A stretch of 64,000 nt of DNA from Shigella phage vB_SsoM_113: the sequence record LR746311; one strand, 5' to 3'. Position 1 is the first letter of the stretch; each line of letters starts with the position of its first letter. The translations under genes were made by a program, and so were the position numbers. Shown one piece after another: positions 19,648 through 31,257 of this stretch. Below the pieces are notes generated by a model, which saw only the letters and a list, made by a program, of their open reading frames with translations, had not been told where the DNA came from and ran no database searches.

Positions 19648-20763
19648 TTAAACTTCTCTAAATTCTTGCCCAAACACTTTGCCAGTTTTAGAAGAGGATT
19701 GTGTAGGAAGTACCATTATATCTGGAGGTGAAGCCGATTCACAGACATAATTAACGCGAATACCGTTGACGCCAAATTCGGCAGGTTTTGAAATGCCGCC
19801 ATTTCTTGATACTTCAGAAAAGCTTAAATTCCTCAGTCCGCCTTGACCAGCTTGAGCAGTTCTCTGCGCATATATAGTAAATCCGACTGCATTTTCAGGA
19901 ACAACTACATAATCTTCCTTTAATTCCCATGACCCAGCTTGCCCAGTAAACTCAGATTGGGTCGAGGAAATATATCCATTTGATTCATTATAAAAACGGA
20001 TAGATATATTTGTAGTTCCAAGATCAAGTAAATCAGCATCAGCATATAACTGTGCTTTAAGATAAAGAACATCACCAGGAATTAAATTATAATCAGATAG
20101 TTTACTTATAGCAGCTGAAGTTGGCAATCGCGCAATTTCGTTATTAGTTCCACCAACCGCTGACATAAATTGCTCGGCACTTTCATATGTTCTTTTAGGA
20201 AATCCCGTAGCTCCGACGTCTTCTAAACTATCAAATACAACATCTAAAATAGTTTGATAATCATCTGTGCTTTTTCTATTACTTAGTTTAACATGCTCTA
20301 ATGCAATAGCTCTTTTAGAAGAAGTATAAAAAGCAGCATATGATACGTCAAATCTTGACAATACTGAATCTGATGGAAAAACTGAAGTTCCTGCTTTCCT
20401 TAGCCAAGATACCACTTCAGGAGGAAAATTAACCTTTCCGCTAGTCAATATAGCAGCAAGTCTATTGTTTGACAAAGAATTCATGAAACTAACAAAAGCA
20501 GCTGATGTAGTATTATTTGAAGTAGAAAAAGCATATGACTTACTATCAACTAATGCTCCCGTAGAAGGATCAAAAACTCTTAAATGAAGACCTGCACTAA
20601 ATGTTTGATTTCCAACGGGGTTATCCTGAAATTTAACATACGGTCCTGCTGTGGAAAGCGGGCAAGAACCCGCTATACTTATTTTGTATCTTACTGAATT
20701 ACTTTCCGATAAAAATGGCGTTTGGACATATCCTTGTCCAAACTCTGCCATAAATTTTTCCAT
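19648..20763 (-). CDS. 35: long tail fibre hinge gp35
   Basis: 371 aa (T4 gp35 is about 372), between 34 and 36. Confidence 0.8.
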   Translation of the reverse strand: MEKFMAEFGQGYVQTPFLSESNSVRYKISIAGSCPLSTAGPYVKFQDNPVGNQTFSAGLHLRVFDPSTGALVDSKSYAFSTSNNTTSAAFVSFMNSLSNNRLAAILTSGKVNFPPEVVSWLRKAGTSVFPSDSVLSRFDVSYAAFYTSSKRAIALEHVKLSNRKSTDDYQTILDVVFDSLEDVGATGFPKRTYESAEQFMSAVGGTNNEIARLPTSAAISKLSDYNLIPGDVLYLKAQLYADADLLDLGTTNISIRFYNESNGYISSTQSEFTGQAGSWELKEDYVVVPENAVGFTIYAQRTAQAGQGGLRNLSFSEVSRNGGISKPAEFGVNGIRVNYVCESASPPDIMVLPTQSSSKTGKVFGQEFREV

Positions 20764-20771
20764 AATACCTC

Positions 20772-23700
20772 TTATTCAATCCACTCAAATTTAACAGTTT
20801 TATTCACTGGGTCAGGAATAATGCGAACATTACCAATTCGTAAGAAATCGCGAATAGTAAGATTACCTATTATTCCGTTATCAGATGGGATCGCTCCTAT
20901 ATCTGAAGGTTGAGGAGGGTTACCTCCGTCAAATACCTGAACAAAACTTGACCAAGAGTTTTTGGTTTTCTGCCATGTACGTGTCCAGCGAGTGGTACGT
21001 GCTTCTGGAGTCGTTGGATAAGTAATCCAATCTTGGTAAAGTGAATCAAGTGTGTTACCAAACTGAGTCAATGTACCAGGAGATTTAACTTCTTCGCCAC
21101 GTTCTAAGTATGGAAGTCCAGTCACTTCATTAGTTTTTTCAACCATTTTAAAATAACCCGGGAACTGGTTATAAGTGGCTGAATCATTAATATCGATTGA
21201 CCAGAATCCTACAGTATCAGATGTTGGCGCACGGGTATATAAATCAGGTGTTTTAACACCTTGAGAACGAATTCTCGAGTTAACAGTTAAACCACCTGAA
21301 TTTATAGTAGCACCTTTAGCAATGATCAAGCTTTCACCAATCGTTACTTGACCGGACTGATTATTAATTGATAATGGACGTAATGCATTAAATCCACCAG
21401 TTTGGTCACCGGCTGCAGTGAGCATAAAATAGGTGTCATTACCAGCGTTACGAATAATGAAACCATAATTTCCATTAATAGCACGGAAAGCATTTGCGCT
21501 TCGAGAAATAATTTCACCAGTTGCAGTGACTGAATTACCAAATGTTGCAACACCATTCGCATTCAATGTTCCTGAAGCATTCACATTTATCGGTGTTACT
21601 GTACCGTTGATATTAAATGTTATATTACCAGCTTTATTACGCTGAGAATAAAAATGACTAGAAGTTTCATCACTAACTTCAAATACAGTAGAACGTGTTG
21701 TGTCTGACTCCCCACTAAATTGATTTCCCCACACTTTTACAGTCATTGTTTGAGTCGGGTTTGTTCCAGTTTGAGGTCCTTTCTCAAAAATTAATTGAGT
21801 TGCCATTCCAGTATTAGAAATAGTTAGTGTACTATTTGCTGAAACTGATCCACCAAACGTAGCAGTACTAGATGATACAAGAGGGGCACTCAGGTTCGTT
21901 TGTTTGGTTAAGGTTAGTGAACCATTAACTGTCTGGGCAATATCCCTACGAATGAACTGAGATGAATCTAGACCATCTAATAAATTTGCGTCAGCAGCTT
22001 TTGCTTTTAACGGCAAATAATTTGCTAATACACGGTTTAATTCATATGGTGATACTGCATAACTATTTTTCTCGTATAGCTCTAAGTCCTGCGTAGAACC
22101 AGCTGTATCATTACCAACGAATGTAATTGAACCGGATGAAGTTTTAACAAATCCTCTTATGGCTGGAGTGGCTGCCCAAGTAGGTTCACTCTGCACAATC
22201 CATTTTAAATTTTTTGGAGATACAGCAGTATTTGCTGACGTTCCAGTCACGGTTTCAGACTGAGTTGCAACTTTAATAACACCTTCTTGCGATTCGGTAG
22301 ATTTAGTACCTAAAAGCTTTTTAGGAGTTATTAAAACATTATCTAATTTTCCTGCAGCAGCTTCAACTTGTGTAGCTACACGAAGTGTACCACGTTGTGT
22401 CTCATTTGCTTCAAGAATATTAAGGGTATAATGGTCCCAGAGAGTTCCTGATTCAACTAATCCAGATAGAGCAACAACAGAAGTACGATCAGTACTATTA
22501 AATCTAGTTTTAATTTTTAATGGTGTAGAGATACGAGTATCGTCGACGCCTGCGTCGAATTCAACTTGCGTAGCAATTTCAGCTATACCACTTAAACTTT
22601 CAGTTGCTCTACGGTCATTTAAAGTTTTAGGAGTGACTGCACGAGTATAATCAGTTCCTGTATTAACTTCACTTTGCGTAGCAATTTCAATTAAACCAAT
22701 TCTTCCATCAGTTGATGTCTTTTTATGTAACGTTTCTGGTGTTACAACCGCATTTGCCCATCCTTCTTGGCTTTGTCCAGCAATTACTTCACTTTCAACT
22801 GCTAAAATTACTGCACCTTGTTGCGTTGGAGTAGCTTTATACTGATCCAAAGCTTTAGGCGAAACAACTAAATTATTAGTATTTTTATTATAAACATTTG
22901 TACCATTTAATTCACGACTAGAGGCTGGAGTAGCTCCTGCGGTAGATACAAAAGTTACAATACCCGATAATGTTTCAGAACCTTGACGAGCTTGAAGCTT
23001 TTTAGGAGTGATGATTGTAGTATCATCAGTACCTGTATTAGTTTCCTGCTGCGTAGCAATTTCAGCAACACCTCTGCGAGTTTCTGTAGCAGTTCTTTCA
23101 TTCAGCTTTTTAGGAGTGATGATAAGGTCATCAGCAAAAGAGAATGTAGTGTTCTGATTTACTTGAGCAGTAGTTGCTATTCTTGCGATACCTCTACGAG
23201 TTTCTGTAGCAGTACGGTTAGCTAATGTTTCTGGAGTAATTGCTAATTCTTTTTGTGGAGAATTTTCTAAATCGACGTTAGCTTGAGCTTGTGTAGCTAA
23301 AGCAATTACGCCTAATCTTGCTCTAGTAGAATTATTTAAAGAATCGACTCTTTCAACTGTTGGAACGTTTTGCTGTACAACCCAGTATTTTCCGTCAGAA
23401 TCTTCTATATAAGCAAGTTGTAAAACTGGAACATAATTAGTTTCACCGTTAAAAACTAATTCTTGAACAGTCACCCATTCAGCTTCAGGTGGATATTCTG
23501 AGCGTTTTGGGAATTGCAGCAATTGAACTGAAGAAGCAATTTTATCTTCACCGGCAGCTTTGATTTTAACTGTTTGTCCTTTTCTCATGTAATTCATGGA
23601 AATTTTAACAGTATCACCAACAGAAATATTGGTTGGAAGCTGAAGTTCAATCGTTTGAGTTGTTCCGTTATTTGCACCAAATACCATAACTTCTTCATTT

Positions 23701-24641
23701 GGACGAATGTTTGAATTAGTTGTTATGATACGTAAACGTGCTTTACTATCCCCGTCAAACAATCTCCATAATTTTTCACTATCATCAAACATCAAGAAAC
23801 CGTCAATCGATGTACGGCCTTCAATGGAATGAGTTCCAACTTCTTGTACTGAAGTTGTTTCATCATATGTCGTGACAATTGTATGATAAAGTGGATTTAA
23901 TTTATCTAAATCAACGAAATTAATAATATCGCCATGATTAGCAAATCTTGGAAGTTTAATATTAATCGGCGCTGCGGAAGTAAATCTACGCACGATAAAA
24001 TCATTAGATTGTGCTTGATATGCAGTCGATGGAGTAACAATTGCAGCTTCTCTGCTATAATCAGCAACATACATTTGCCACAAACGATTATTAAAAATGA
24101 ATATCATCTGTGACTTTGGATGAGTCATTAAAACTGAACGTACTTGTTCACCTCTAAAATTAACAATGCTCTGATTTGAAGAACTTATTTTAACCTGATT
24201 TATACCAGGTTTTCCACCGATATCTTGAATTATTACTGTTTCTCCATCGAGCGGAGAAGGTGGTAAAGTAAACTCAATGTCATTACCAACTGACGTATCT
24301 ACTGAAATTGCTTCTCCGGATTTTAATTGATACGGTCCAGATGATACGGTTGTATATACAGCATCAGTACGTAATGCTTTCCAACGAATTCTATTAAAAC
24401 TTCCAGCAGGTTTTGGAATATTATCCGTTGCTGCCCAAAAACGATTATTATAAATGATTACAAAATCTTTTAAATATCCACGAGTTGGATCATATTGTTG
24501 AACTGTGTTTTCTTGAATTAAGTAATCAACGTTAACACCGTCAGTTCCTACGGTACGATCAGCTAAAGCTACGTTGATTATTTTATCGCCACCTGCGTCC
24601 AGACCATCTTCTGCTCTGAACTTTCTTTTAATCTCGGCCAT
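20772..24641 (-). CDS. 34: long tail fibre proximal subunit gp34
   Basis: 1289 aa (same as T4 gp34); internal repeats of the form ITPKKL..TATETRRG..IAT. Confidence 0.85.
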   Translation of the reverse strand: MAEIKRKFRAEDGLDAGGDKIINVALADRTVGTDGVNVDYLIQENTVQQYDPTRGYLKDFVIIYNNRFWAATDNIPKPAGSFNRIRWKALRTDAVYTTVSSGPYQLKSGEAISVDTSVGNDIEFTLPPSPLDGETVIIQDIGGKPGINQVKISSSNQSIVNFRGEQVRSVLMTHPKSQMIFIFNNRLWQMYVADYSREAAIVTPSTAYQAQSNDFIVRRFTSAAPINIKLPRFANHGDIINFVDLDKLNPLYHTIVTTYDETTSVQEVGTHSIEGRTSIDGFLMFDDSEKLWRLFDGDSKARLRIITTNSNIRPNEEVMVFGANNGTTQTIELQLPTNISVGDTVKISMNYMRKGQTVKIKAAGEDKIASSVQLLQFPKRSEYPPEAEWVTVQELVFNGETNYVPVLQLAYIEDSDGKYWVVQQNVPTVERVDSLNNSTRARLGVIALATQAQANVDLENSPQKELAITPETLANRTATETRRGIARIATTAQVNQNTTFSFADDLIITPKKLNERTATETRRGVAEIATQQETNTGTDDTTIITPKKLQARQGSETLSGIVTFVSTAGATPASSRELNGTNVYNKNTNNLVVSPKALDQYKATPTQQGAVILAVESEVIAGQSQEGWANAVVTPETLHKKTSTDGRIGLIEIATQSEVNTGTDYTRAVTPKTLNDRRATESLSGIAEIATQVEFDAGVDDTRISTPLKIKTRFNSTDRTSVVALSGLVESGTLWDHYTLNILEANETQRGTLRVATQVEAAAGKLDNVLITPKKLLGTKSTESQEGVIKVATQSETVTGTSANTAVSPKNLKWIVQSEPTWAATPAIRGFVKTSSGSITFVGNDTAGSTQDLELYEKNSYAVSPYELNRVLANYLPLKAKAADANLLDGLDSSQFIRRDIAQTVNGSLTLTKQTNLSAPLVSSSTATFGGSVSANSTLTISNTGMATQLIFEKGPQTGTNPTQTMTVKVWGNQFSGESDTTRSTVFEVSDETSSHFYSQRNKAGNITFNINGTVTPINVNASGTLNANGVATFGNSVTATGEIISRSANAFRAINGNYGFIIRNAGNDTYFMLTAAGDQTGGFNALRPLSINNQSGQVTIGESLIIAKGATINSGGLTVNSRIRSQGVKTPDLYTRAPTSDTVGFWSIDINDSATYNQFPGYFKMVEKTNEVTGLPYLERGEEVKSPGTLTQFGNTLDSLYQDWITYPTTPEARTTRWTRTWQKTKNSWSSFVQVFDGGNPPQPSDIGAIPSDNGIIGNLTIRDFLRIGNVRIIPDPVNKTVKFEWIE

Positions 24642-24675
24642 TCTCCCGGGCTCCTATTGTGTTTTCAATAATAAG

Positions 24676-24683
24676 TATTTATA
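24676..24683 (-). promoter_or_regulatory. late promoter (TATAAATA) for gene 34
   Basis: TATAAATA on the - strand about 35 nt upstream of the gene 34 ATG. Confidence 0.5.
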
Positions 24684-24686
24684 CTT

Positions 24687-24714
24687 GTTTACTTTAAGAT
24701 TTGGAGTATATAAT
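24687..24714 (+). promoter_or_regulatory. early promoter for rnh
   Basis: gtttac 24687-24692, 16-bp spacer, tataat 24709-24714. Confidence 0.5.
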
Positions 24715-24743
24715 AGAAATCTCACTAATTGAACGAGGTTCAT

Positions 24744-25661
24744 ATGGATTTAGAAATGATGCTGGATGAAGATTACAAAGAAGGAATTTGCTTAATTGAC
24801 TTTAGTCAGATTGCGCTTTCAACTGCTCTGGTAAACTTCCCAGATAAAGAAAAAATTAATTTATCAATGGTTCGTCATTTGATATTGAACTCAATTAAGT
24901 TTAATGTCAAAAAAGCAAAAACTCTTGGATACACTAAAATTGTGCTGTGTATTGATAACGCGAAATCTGGATACTGGCGCCGTGATTTCGCTTATTATTA
25001 TAAGAAAAACCGCGGAAAAGCACGAGAAGAATCTACTTGGGACTGGGAAGGTTATTTTGAATCCAGTCATAAAGTTATAGATGAATTGAAAGCTTATATG
25101 CCATACATCGTTATGGATATTGATAAGTATGAAGCAGATGACCATATTGCTGTTCTTGTTAAAAAGTTCTCTTTAGAAGGACATAAGATTTTAATCATTT
25201 CGTCGGATGGTGACTTTACTCAACTTCACAAATACCCAAATGTTAAGCAATGGTCACCGATGCACAAGAAATGGGTTAAAATTAAAAGCGGTTCTGCTGA
25301 AATTGACTGTATGACTAAAATCCTTAAAGGTGATAAAAAGGATAACGTTGCTTCAGTTAAAGTACGGTCTGACTTTTGGTTTACTAGAGTTGAAGGTGAA
25401 CGAACTCCTTCAATGAAAACCTCTATTGTTGAAGCTATTGCTAATGACCGTGAGCAAGCTAAGGTGCTTCTCACAGAATCTGAATATAATCGTTATAAAG
25501 AAAATTTAGTTCTAATTGATTTTGATTATATTCCTGATAATATTGCTTCAAACATTGTGAATTACTATAATTCATATAAATTACCACCGCGTGGCAAAAT
25601 TTATTCATATTTTGTAAAAGCGGGTCTTTCTAAATTAACTAATAGCATTAATGAATTTTGA
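24744..25661 (+). CDS. rnh: RNase H (5'-3' exonuclease / flap endonuclease)
   Basis: 305 aa from ATG 24744 (MDLEMMLDEDYKEGICLIDFSQIAL), matches T4 RNase H; track ORF starts 5 codons upstream. Confidence 0.9.
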   Translation: MDLEMMLDEDYKEGICLIDFSQIALSTALVNFPDKEKINLSMVRHLILNSIKFNVKKAKTLGYTKIVLCIDNAKSGYWRRDFAYYYKKNRGKAREESTWDWEGYFESSHKVIDELKAYMPYIVMDIDKYEADDHIAVLVKKFSLEGHKILIISSDGDFTQLHKYPNVKQWSPMHKKWVKIKSGSAEIDCMTKILKGDKKDNVASVKVRSDFWFTRVEGERTPSMKTSIVEAIANDREQAKVLLTESEYNRYKENLVLIDFDYIPDNIASNIVNYYNSYKLPPRGKIYSYFVKAGLSKLTNSINEF

Positions 25662-25669
25662 GGTGAATA

Positions 25670-25939
25670 ATGGCTAAAAAAGAAATGGTTGAATTTGATG
25701 AAGCTATCCATGGCGAAGACTTGGCTAAATTTATTAAAGAAGCATCTGATCATAAACTGAAAATTTCTGGTTATAATGAATTGATTAAAGATATTCGAAT
25801 TCGTGCCAAAGATGAACTTGGCGTTGATGGTAAGATGTTTAATCGTCTGTTAGCTTTGTATCATAAAGATAACCGTGATGTGTTTGAAGCTGAAACTGAA
25901 GAGGTAGTTGAACTTTATGACACAGTTTTCTCTAAATGA
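25670..25939 (+). CDS. dsbA: dsDNA-binding protein DsbA
   Basis: 89 aa, conserved position between rnh and 33. Confidence 0.7.
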   Translation: MAKKEMVEFDEAIHGEDLAKFIKEASDHKLKISGYNELIKDIRIRAKDELGVDGKMFNRLLALYHKDNRDVFEAETEEVVELYDTVFSK

Positions 25940-26255
25940 TATTCGTCCGGTCGATGAGACCGGTCTTTCAGAAAAAGAACTTTCAATTAAGAAAGAAAAG
26001 GATGAAATTGCAAAGCTTCTTGACCGCCAAGAAAATGGATTTATTATTGAAAAAATGGTAGAAGAGTTTGGAATGAGTTATCTTGAAGCTACAACAGCAT
26101 TCTTAGAAGAAAATTCTATTCCTGAAACTCAATTTGCTAAATTTATTCCTTCGGGTATAATTGAAAAAATTCAGTCAGAAGCTATTGACGAAAATCTTTT
26201 ACGTCCTTCTGTTGTTCGTTGTGAAAAAACTAATACATTAGATTTTCTACTATGA
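25917..26255 (+). CDS. 33: late transcription co-activator gp33
   Basis: 112 aa from ATG 25917, acidic, conserved position. Confidence 0.7.
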   Translation: MTQFSLNDIRPVDETGLSEKELSIKKEKDEIAKLLDRQENGFIIEKMVEEFGMSYLEATTAFLEENSIPETQFAKFIPSGIIEKIQSEAIDENLLRPSVVRCEKTNTLDFLL

Positions 26256-26905
26256 TTAAACTCCGCATGCCTGCTGGTGGTGAAAGATACATTGATGGTA
26301 AATCAGTTTATAAATTATACTTAATGATAAAACAACATATGAATGGAAAGTATGATGTAATTAAGTATAATTGGTGCATGCGGGTGTCTGATGCCGCTTA
26401 TCAAAAGCGAAGGGATAAGTATTTTTTCCAGAAGTTATCAGAAAAATATAAATTAAAGGAACTTGCTTTAATCTTTATAAGCAATCTTGTTGCTAACCAA
26501 GATGCTTGGATTGGTGACATCTCTGACGCTGATGCACTTGTGTTTTATCGTGAATATATCGGACGCTTAAAGCAAATTAAATTTAAGTTTGAAGAAGATA
26601 TTCGCAACATTTATTATTTTAGTAAAAAAGTTGAAGTTTCTGCTTTTAAAGAAATCTTTGAGTATAATCCAAAAGTCCAATCAAGTTATATTTTTAAACT
26701 ACTTCAATCGAATATAATTTCGTTTGAGACGTTTATCTTGCTTGATTCGTTTTTAAATATAATCGATAAACATGATGAACAGACTGATAATTTAGTCTGG
26801 AATAATTATTCTATAAAGTTAAAGGCTTATAGAAAAATTTTAAATATTGATTCACAGAAAGCCAAAAGTGTTTTTATTGAAACTGTGAAATCTTGCAAGT
26901 ATTAA
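26252..26905 (+). CDS. 59: helicase loader gp59
   Basis: 217 aa (same as T4 gp59), immediately upstream of the gene 32 region. Confidence 0.75.
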   Translation: MIKLRMPAGGERYIDGKSVYKLYLMIKQHMNGKYDVIKYNWCMRVSDAAYQKRRDKYFFQKLSEKYKLKELALIFISNLVANQDAWIGDISDADALVFYREYIGRLKQIKFKFEEDIRNIYYFSKKVEVSAFKEIFEYNPKVQSSYIFKLLQSNIISFETFILLDSFLNIIDKHDEQTDNLVWNNYSIKLKAYRKILNIDSQKAKSVFIETVKSCKY

Positions 26906-26906
26906 T

Positions 26907-27539
26907 ATGAATATAGTATATTGGTTTACATTTGAAGACCGTGTCAAAAATAAGACTCCGCCATACTACTATATCGGTAGTAAATTAAATTGCTCATTTG
27001 AGAACGGAATAATATATGACTCTTCCGGAAAGGAATACTGGAGCTCATGTAAACAAAAAAGATTTTTGAATGCGGTAATGCTTCAAAAACCGAGCGTTAA
27101 AATAATTCAAATTGATGATGACTTGGATGTTATTGAAGCAGAACGAAAATACCAACTTGAAGTAAATGCCAGAGATAATCCAGATTATTTCAATCTGGTA
27201 TATGCTGGTGGTGGATTTGGTGTGAGTGGTGAAACTCATCCAGCCAAAGACCCGGAAGTTAGAGAGCATATGAGATTGGCTAATTATATGAACCGTGACG
27301 ATTTTAGACCTTGGAAAACATCACGAGCTAATATAGAGTCTTGGAAATTATCTCATATTGCTTACGAGAATTATGTGTTATTATTATCCTCTAATCTTTA
27401 CGGTAAAACTCCTGGATGGCGAAGAGTTAAAGGTAATATAAATATAACTGATACAACTGCTAAATCGATGGTAAAGTATTTCAACTCAGGTTGGATACCT
27501 CTCGAAGACCCAGAGTATTGCGAATTATGCCAGCTATGA
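26907..27539 (+). CDS. GIY-YIG family homing endonuclease-like protein (Seg-like, possibly SegG-type)
   Basis: 210 aa; degenerate GIY..YIG pair near the N-terminus (IVYWF...PPYYYIGSK); free-standing ORF between genes 59 and 32. Confidence 0.5.
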   Translation: MNIVYWFTFEDRVKNKTPPYYYIGSKLNCSFENGIIYDSSGKEYWSSCKQKRFLNAVMLQKPSVKIIQIDDDLDVIEAERKYQLEVNARDNPDYFNLVYAGGGFGVSGETHPAKDPEVREHMRLANYMNRDDFRPWKTSRANIESWKLSHIAYENYVLLLSSNLYGKTPGWRRVKGNINITDTTAKSMVKYFNSGWIPLEDPEYCELCQL

Positions 27540-27588
27540 GGTAAAGTGTCATAGCACCAACTGTTAATTAAATTAAAAAGGAAATAAA
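27530..27588 (+). promoter_or_regulatory. gene 32 autoregulatory translational operator (pseudoknot plus AU-rich tract)
   Basis: gctatga-ggtaaagtg-tcatagc hairpin with downstream acc able to pair the loop, then ttaattaaattaaaaaggaaataaaATG. Confidence 0.6.
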
Positions 27589-28497
27589 ATGTTTAAACGT
27601 AAATCTACTGCTGAACTTGCTGCACAAATGGCTAAACTGAATGGCAATAAAGGTGGTTTTTCTTCTGAAGATAAAGGCGAGTGGAAACTGAAACTCGATA
27701 ATGCGGGTAACGGTCAAGCAGTAATTCGTTTTCTTCCGTCTAAAAATGATGAACAAGCACCATTCGCAATTCTTGTAAATCACGGTTTCAAGAAAAATGG
27801 TAAATGGTATATTGAAACATGTTCATCTACCCACGGTGATTACGATTCTTGTCCAGTATGTCAGTACATCAGTAAAAATGATTTGTACAATACTGACAAT
27901 AAAGAGTACGGTCTTGTTAAACGTAAAACTTCTTACTGGGCTAACATTCTTGTAGTAAAAGACCCGGCTGCTCCAGAAAATGAAGGTAAAGTATTTAAAT
28001 ACCGCTTCGGTAAGAAAATCTGGGATAAAATCAATGCAATGATTGCAGTTGATGTTGAAATGGGTGAAACTCCGGTTGATGTAACTTGTCCGTGGGAAGG
28101 TGCTAACTTTGTACTGAAAGTTAAACAAGTTTCTGGTTTTAGTAACTACGACGAATCTAAATTCCTGAATCAATCTGCGATTCCAAACATTGATGATGAA
28201 TCTTTCCAGAAAGAACTGTTCGAACAAATGGTTGACCTTTCTGAAATGACTTCTAAAGATAAATTCAAATCGTTTGAAGAACTGAGCACTAAATTCAGTC
28301 AAGTTATGGGAACTGCTGCTATGGGTGGTGCCGCAGCGACTGCCGCTAAGAAAGCTGATAAAGTTGCTGATGATTTGGATGCATTCAATGTTGACGACTT
28401 CAATACAAAAACTGAAGATGATTTTATGAGCTCAAGCTCCGGTAGTTCATCTAGTGCTGATGACACGGACCTGGATGACCTTTTGAATGACCTTTAA
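27589..28497 (+). CDS. 32: ssDNA-binding protein gp32
   Basis: 302 aa; [50 protein letters not shown]; acidic Ser/Asp C-terminus. Confidence 0.95.
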   Translation: MFKRKSTAELAAQMAKLNGNKGGFSSEDKGEWKLKLDNAGNGQAVIRFLPSKNDEQAPFAILVNHGFKKNGKWYIETCSSTHGDYDSCPVCQYISKNDLYNTDNKEYGLVKRKTSYWANILVVKDPAAPENEGKVFKYRFGKKIWDKINAMIAVDVEMGETPVDVTCPWEGANFVLKVKQVSGFSNYDESKFLNQSAIPNIDDESFQKELFEQMVDLSEMTSKDKFKSFEELSTKFSQVMGTAAMGGAAATAAKKADKVADDLDAFNVDDFNTKTEDDFMSSSSGSSSSADDTDLDDLLNDL

Positions 28498-28519
28498 TAG
28501 ATTATATTACTAATTAATT

Positions 28520-28546
28520 GGGGACCCTAGAGGTCCCCTTTTTTTA
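28520..28546 (+). terminator. rho-independent terminator after gene 32
   Basis: ggggaccc-tag-aggtcccc followed by tttttttatttt. Confidence 0.65.
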
Positions 28547-28550
28547 TTTT

Positions 28551-28600
28551 AAAAATTTTTTCACAAAACAGTTTACATACCACAAGGACTGTGGTACTAT
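28551..28600 (+). promoter_or_regulatory. early promoter cassette (PeS-like, copy C)
   Basis: Near-identical to copy A: aaaattttttcacaaaacagtttacataccacaaggactgtggtactatacaactatc. Confidence 0.6.
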
Positions 28601-28643
28601 ACAACTATCGGCAATACTGCTGATGATTAAAGAGGAAAATAAT

Positions 28644-28871
28644 ATGGCTAAAGTTGATATTGACATCGTTGATTTTGAATATATTGAAGAAATTATTCGT
28701 AATCGTTATCCTGGACTTAGTATCACAAGCGTACAAGATTCTAAGTTTTGGAGTATTCAAATCGTTATTGAAGGTCCTCTTGAAGACCTCACTCGTTTTA
28801 TGGCTAATGAATATTGTGATGGTATGGATTCTGAAGACGCAGAATTTTACATGGGACTGATTGAACAATAA
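28644..28871 (+). CDS. hypothetical acidic protein (frd.x region)
   Basis: 75 aa from the ATG after the promoter; track ORF begins inside the promoter. Confidence 0.45.
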   Translation: MAKVDIDIVDFEYIEEIIRNRYPGLSITSVQDSKFWSIQIVIEGPLEDLTRFMANEYCDGMDSEDAEFYMGLIEQ

Positions 28872-28915
28872 TTATCAAGGGGCTATAAAGCCCCTATTAA
28901 AATGAGGAAAACATA

Positions 28916-29296
28916 ATGTATATTGGCAAAAAGTATGAACTTGTTCCAAGACTTATTGATACATTTATTAATTATAGCCCACGATCCAACGCGTCAATAG
29001 TTAAAATTATTCGAGAAAATGGCGGGTGGTTTGAAGTTAAAGAAGTTTTCTTTGCTAATGGATTTAAAGCGGTAAAACACATTGAATGCGCTAATGGAAA
29101 GCATTTTTACCTTAAAGATAGACTTTTAGAAATTTGCGAAGATGAATTTCATTGTTTCCGTGAGTATAAAGAACCGACTTCTGAAGAAGATGAAATCGAA
29201 GACAAGGTTTCTGGCGTAACAAAAATTCACTGCATTGTTGACGAAAACAACGTAGACGAAATCATTGAACTTTTGCGAAAAACTTTTAAGGCCTAA
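28916..29296 (+). CDS. hypothetical protein (frd.x region)
   Basis: 126-aa ORF with RBS. Confidence 0.45.
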   Translation: MYIGKKYELVPRLIDTFINYSPRSNASIVKIIRENGGWFEVKEVFFANGFKAVKHIECANGKHFYLKDRLLEICEDEFHCFREYKEPTSEEDEIEDKVSGVTKIHCIVDENNVDEIIELLRKTFKA

Positions 29297-29297
29297 T

Positions 29298-29558
29298 ATG
29301 ACTAAAGATGATTTCCTGGATGCGGTAGAAAAAGCTAGTGAGAAATTTGAAGTGATGGGTGTACGGGTCCATAAAGACAGAAATTACGGACTCGATATTC
29401 AAACGTATTCGTTATGGCTTGTGGGTGAACACAGTCTTGTAACCAGTTTAGTTATGGGTGTCGATACCTATCCTCTATTGGTTAAGTTCAGAAGTATGGA
29501 AAAGGCTACTAAAGAAATGATTAAGCTTGGTAAGTGGCTCGATAAAATTCAAAAATAA
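29298..29558 (+). CDS. hypothetical protein (frd.x region)
   Basis: 86 aa from the ATG just after the upstream stop. Confidence 0.4.
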   Translation: MTKDDFLDAVEKASEKFEVMGVRVHKDRNYGLDIQTYSLWLVGEHSLVTSLVMGVDTYPLLVKFRSMEKATKEMIKLGKWLDKIQK

Positions 29559-29560
29559 TT

Positions 29561-29590
29561 GTTTACAACAGGCTATAGTAGTGATACTAT
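29561..29590 (+). promoter_or_regulatory. early promoter with palindromic spacer
   Basis: gtttac 29561-29566; ggctatagta...tactatagcc inverted repeat spans the -10. Confidence 0.5.
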
Positions 29591-29615
29591 AGCCTTATTA
29601 ACTAAGGAGAATAAA

Positions 29616-29858
29616 ATGAGATTACAACGTCAGAGCATTAAAGATTCAGAAGTTAGAGGTAAATGGTATTTTAATATCATCGGTAAAGATTCTGAACTTG
29701 TTGAAAAAGCTGAACGTCTTTTGCGTGATATGGGATGGGAAGATGAATGTGATGGATGCTCTCTTTATGAGGATGGAGAAAGCGCAGGATTCTGGATTTA
29801 TCATTCTGATGTTGATCAGTTTAAAGCTGATTGGAAAATTGTGAAAAAGTCTGTTTGA
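29616..29858 (+). CDS. hypothetical protein (frd.x region)
   Basis: 80 aa, AGGAGA RBS, Cys-rich acidic. Confidence 0.45.
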   Translation: MRLQRQSIKDSEVRGKWYFNIIGKDSELVEKAERLLRDMGWEDECDGCSLYEDGESAGFWIYHSDVDQFKADWKIVKKSV

Positions 29859-29868
29859 GAAAAATATT

Positions 29869-30224
29869 ATGTCTAACATTCATATAACTGGAATTACCCA
29901 AGTAAAAATTCGTTGCCAACTTAAAACCGCGCCTGGGACGGCTTTTATTAATTTATCACACGACATAGATTCCCGTGAAAGCCAGTTAATGGGTGTAATT
30001 ACATTTTACGCTGGATTTGGCGGAAACGAATTTACTGTAGGCGAAATTGTCGGCCGTAAATTAAAAGTTCAGAAGAACGTATTAGAACTTTTTAATGACC
30101 TTTACGATGATAGTGACGAAGTTTTTGATGAAATCGCGCAAGCAGTTAACAGAGGAATGGTAACTTTAGTTAAAATGATTGACGCTAGCGGATATGCTCA
30201 TGACCCTTTTCAATGGGAGATAAT

Positions 30225-30228
<4 letters not shown>
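29869..30228 (+). CDS. hypothetical protein (frd.x region)
   Basis: 119-aa ORF. Confidence 0.45.
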
Positions 30229-31256
<1,028 letters not shown>

Positions 31257-31257
<1 letters not shown>

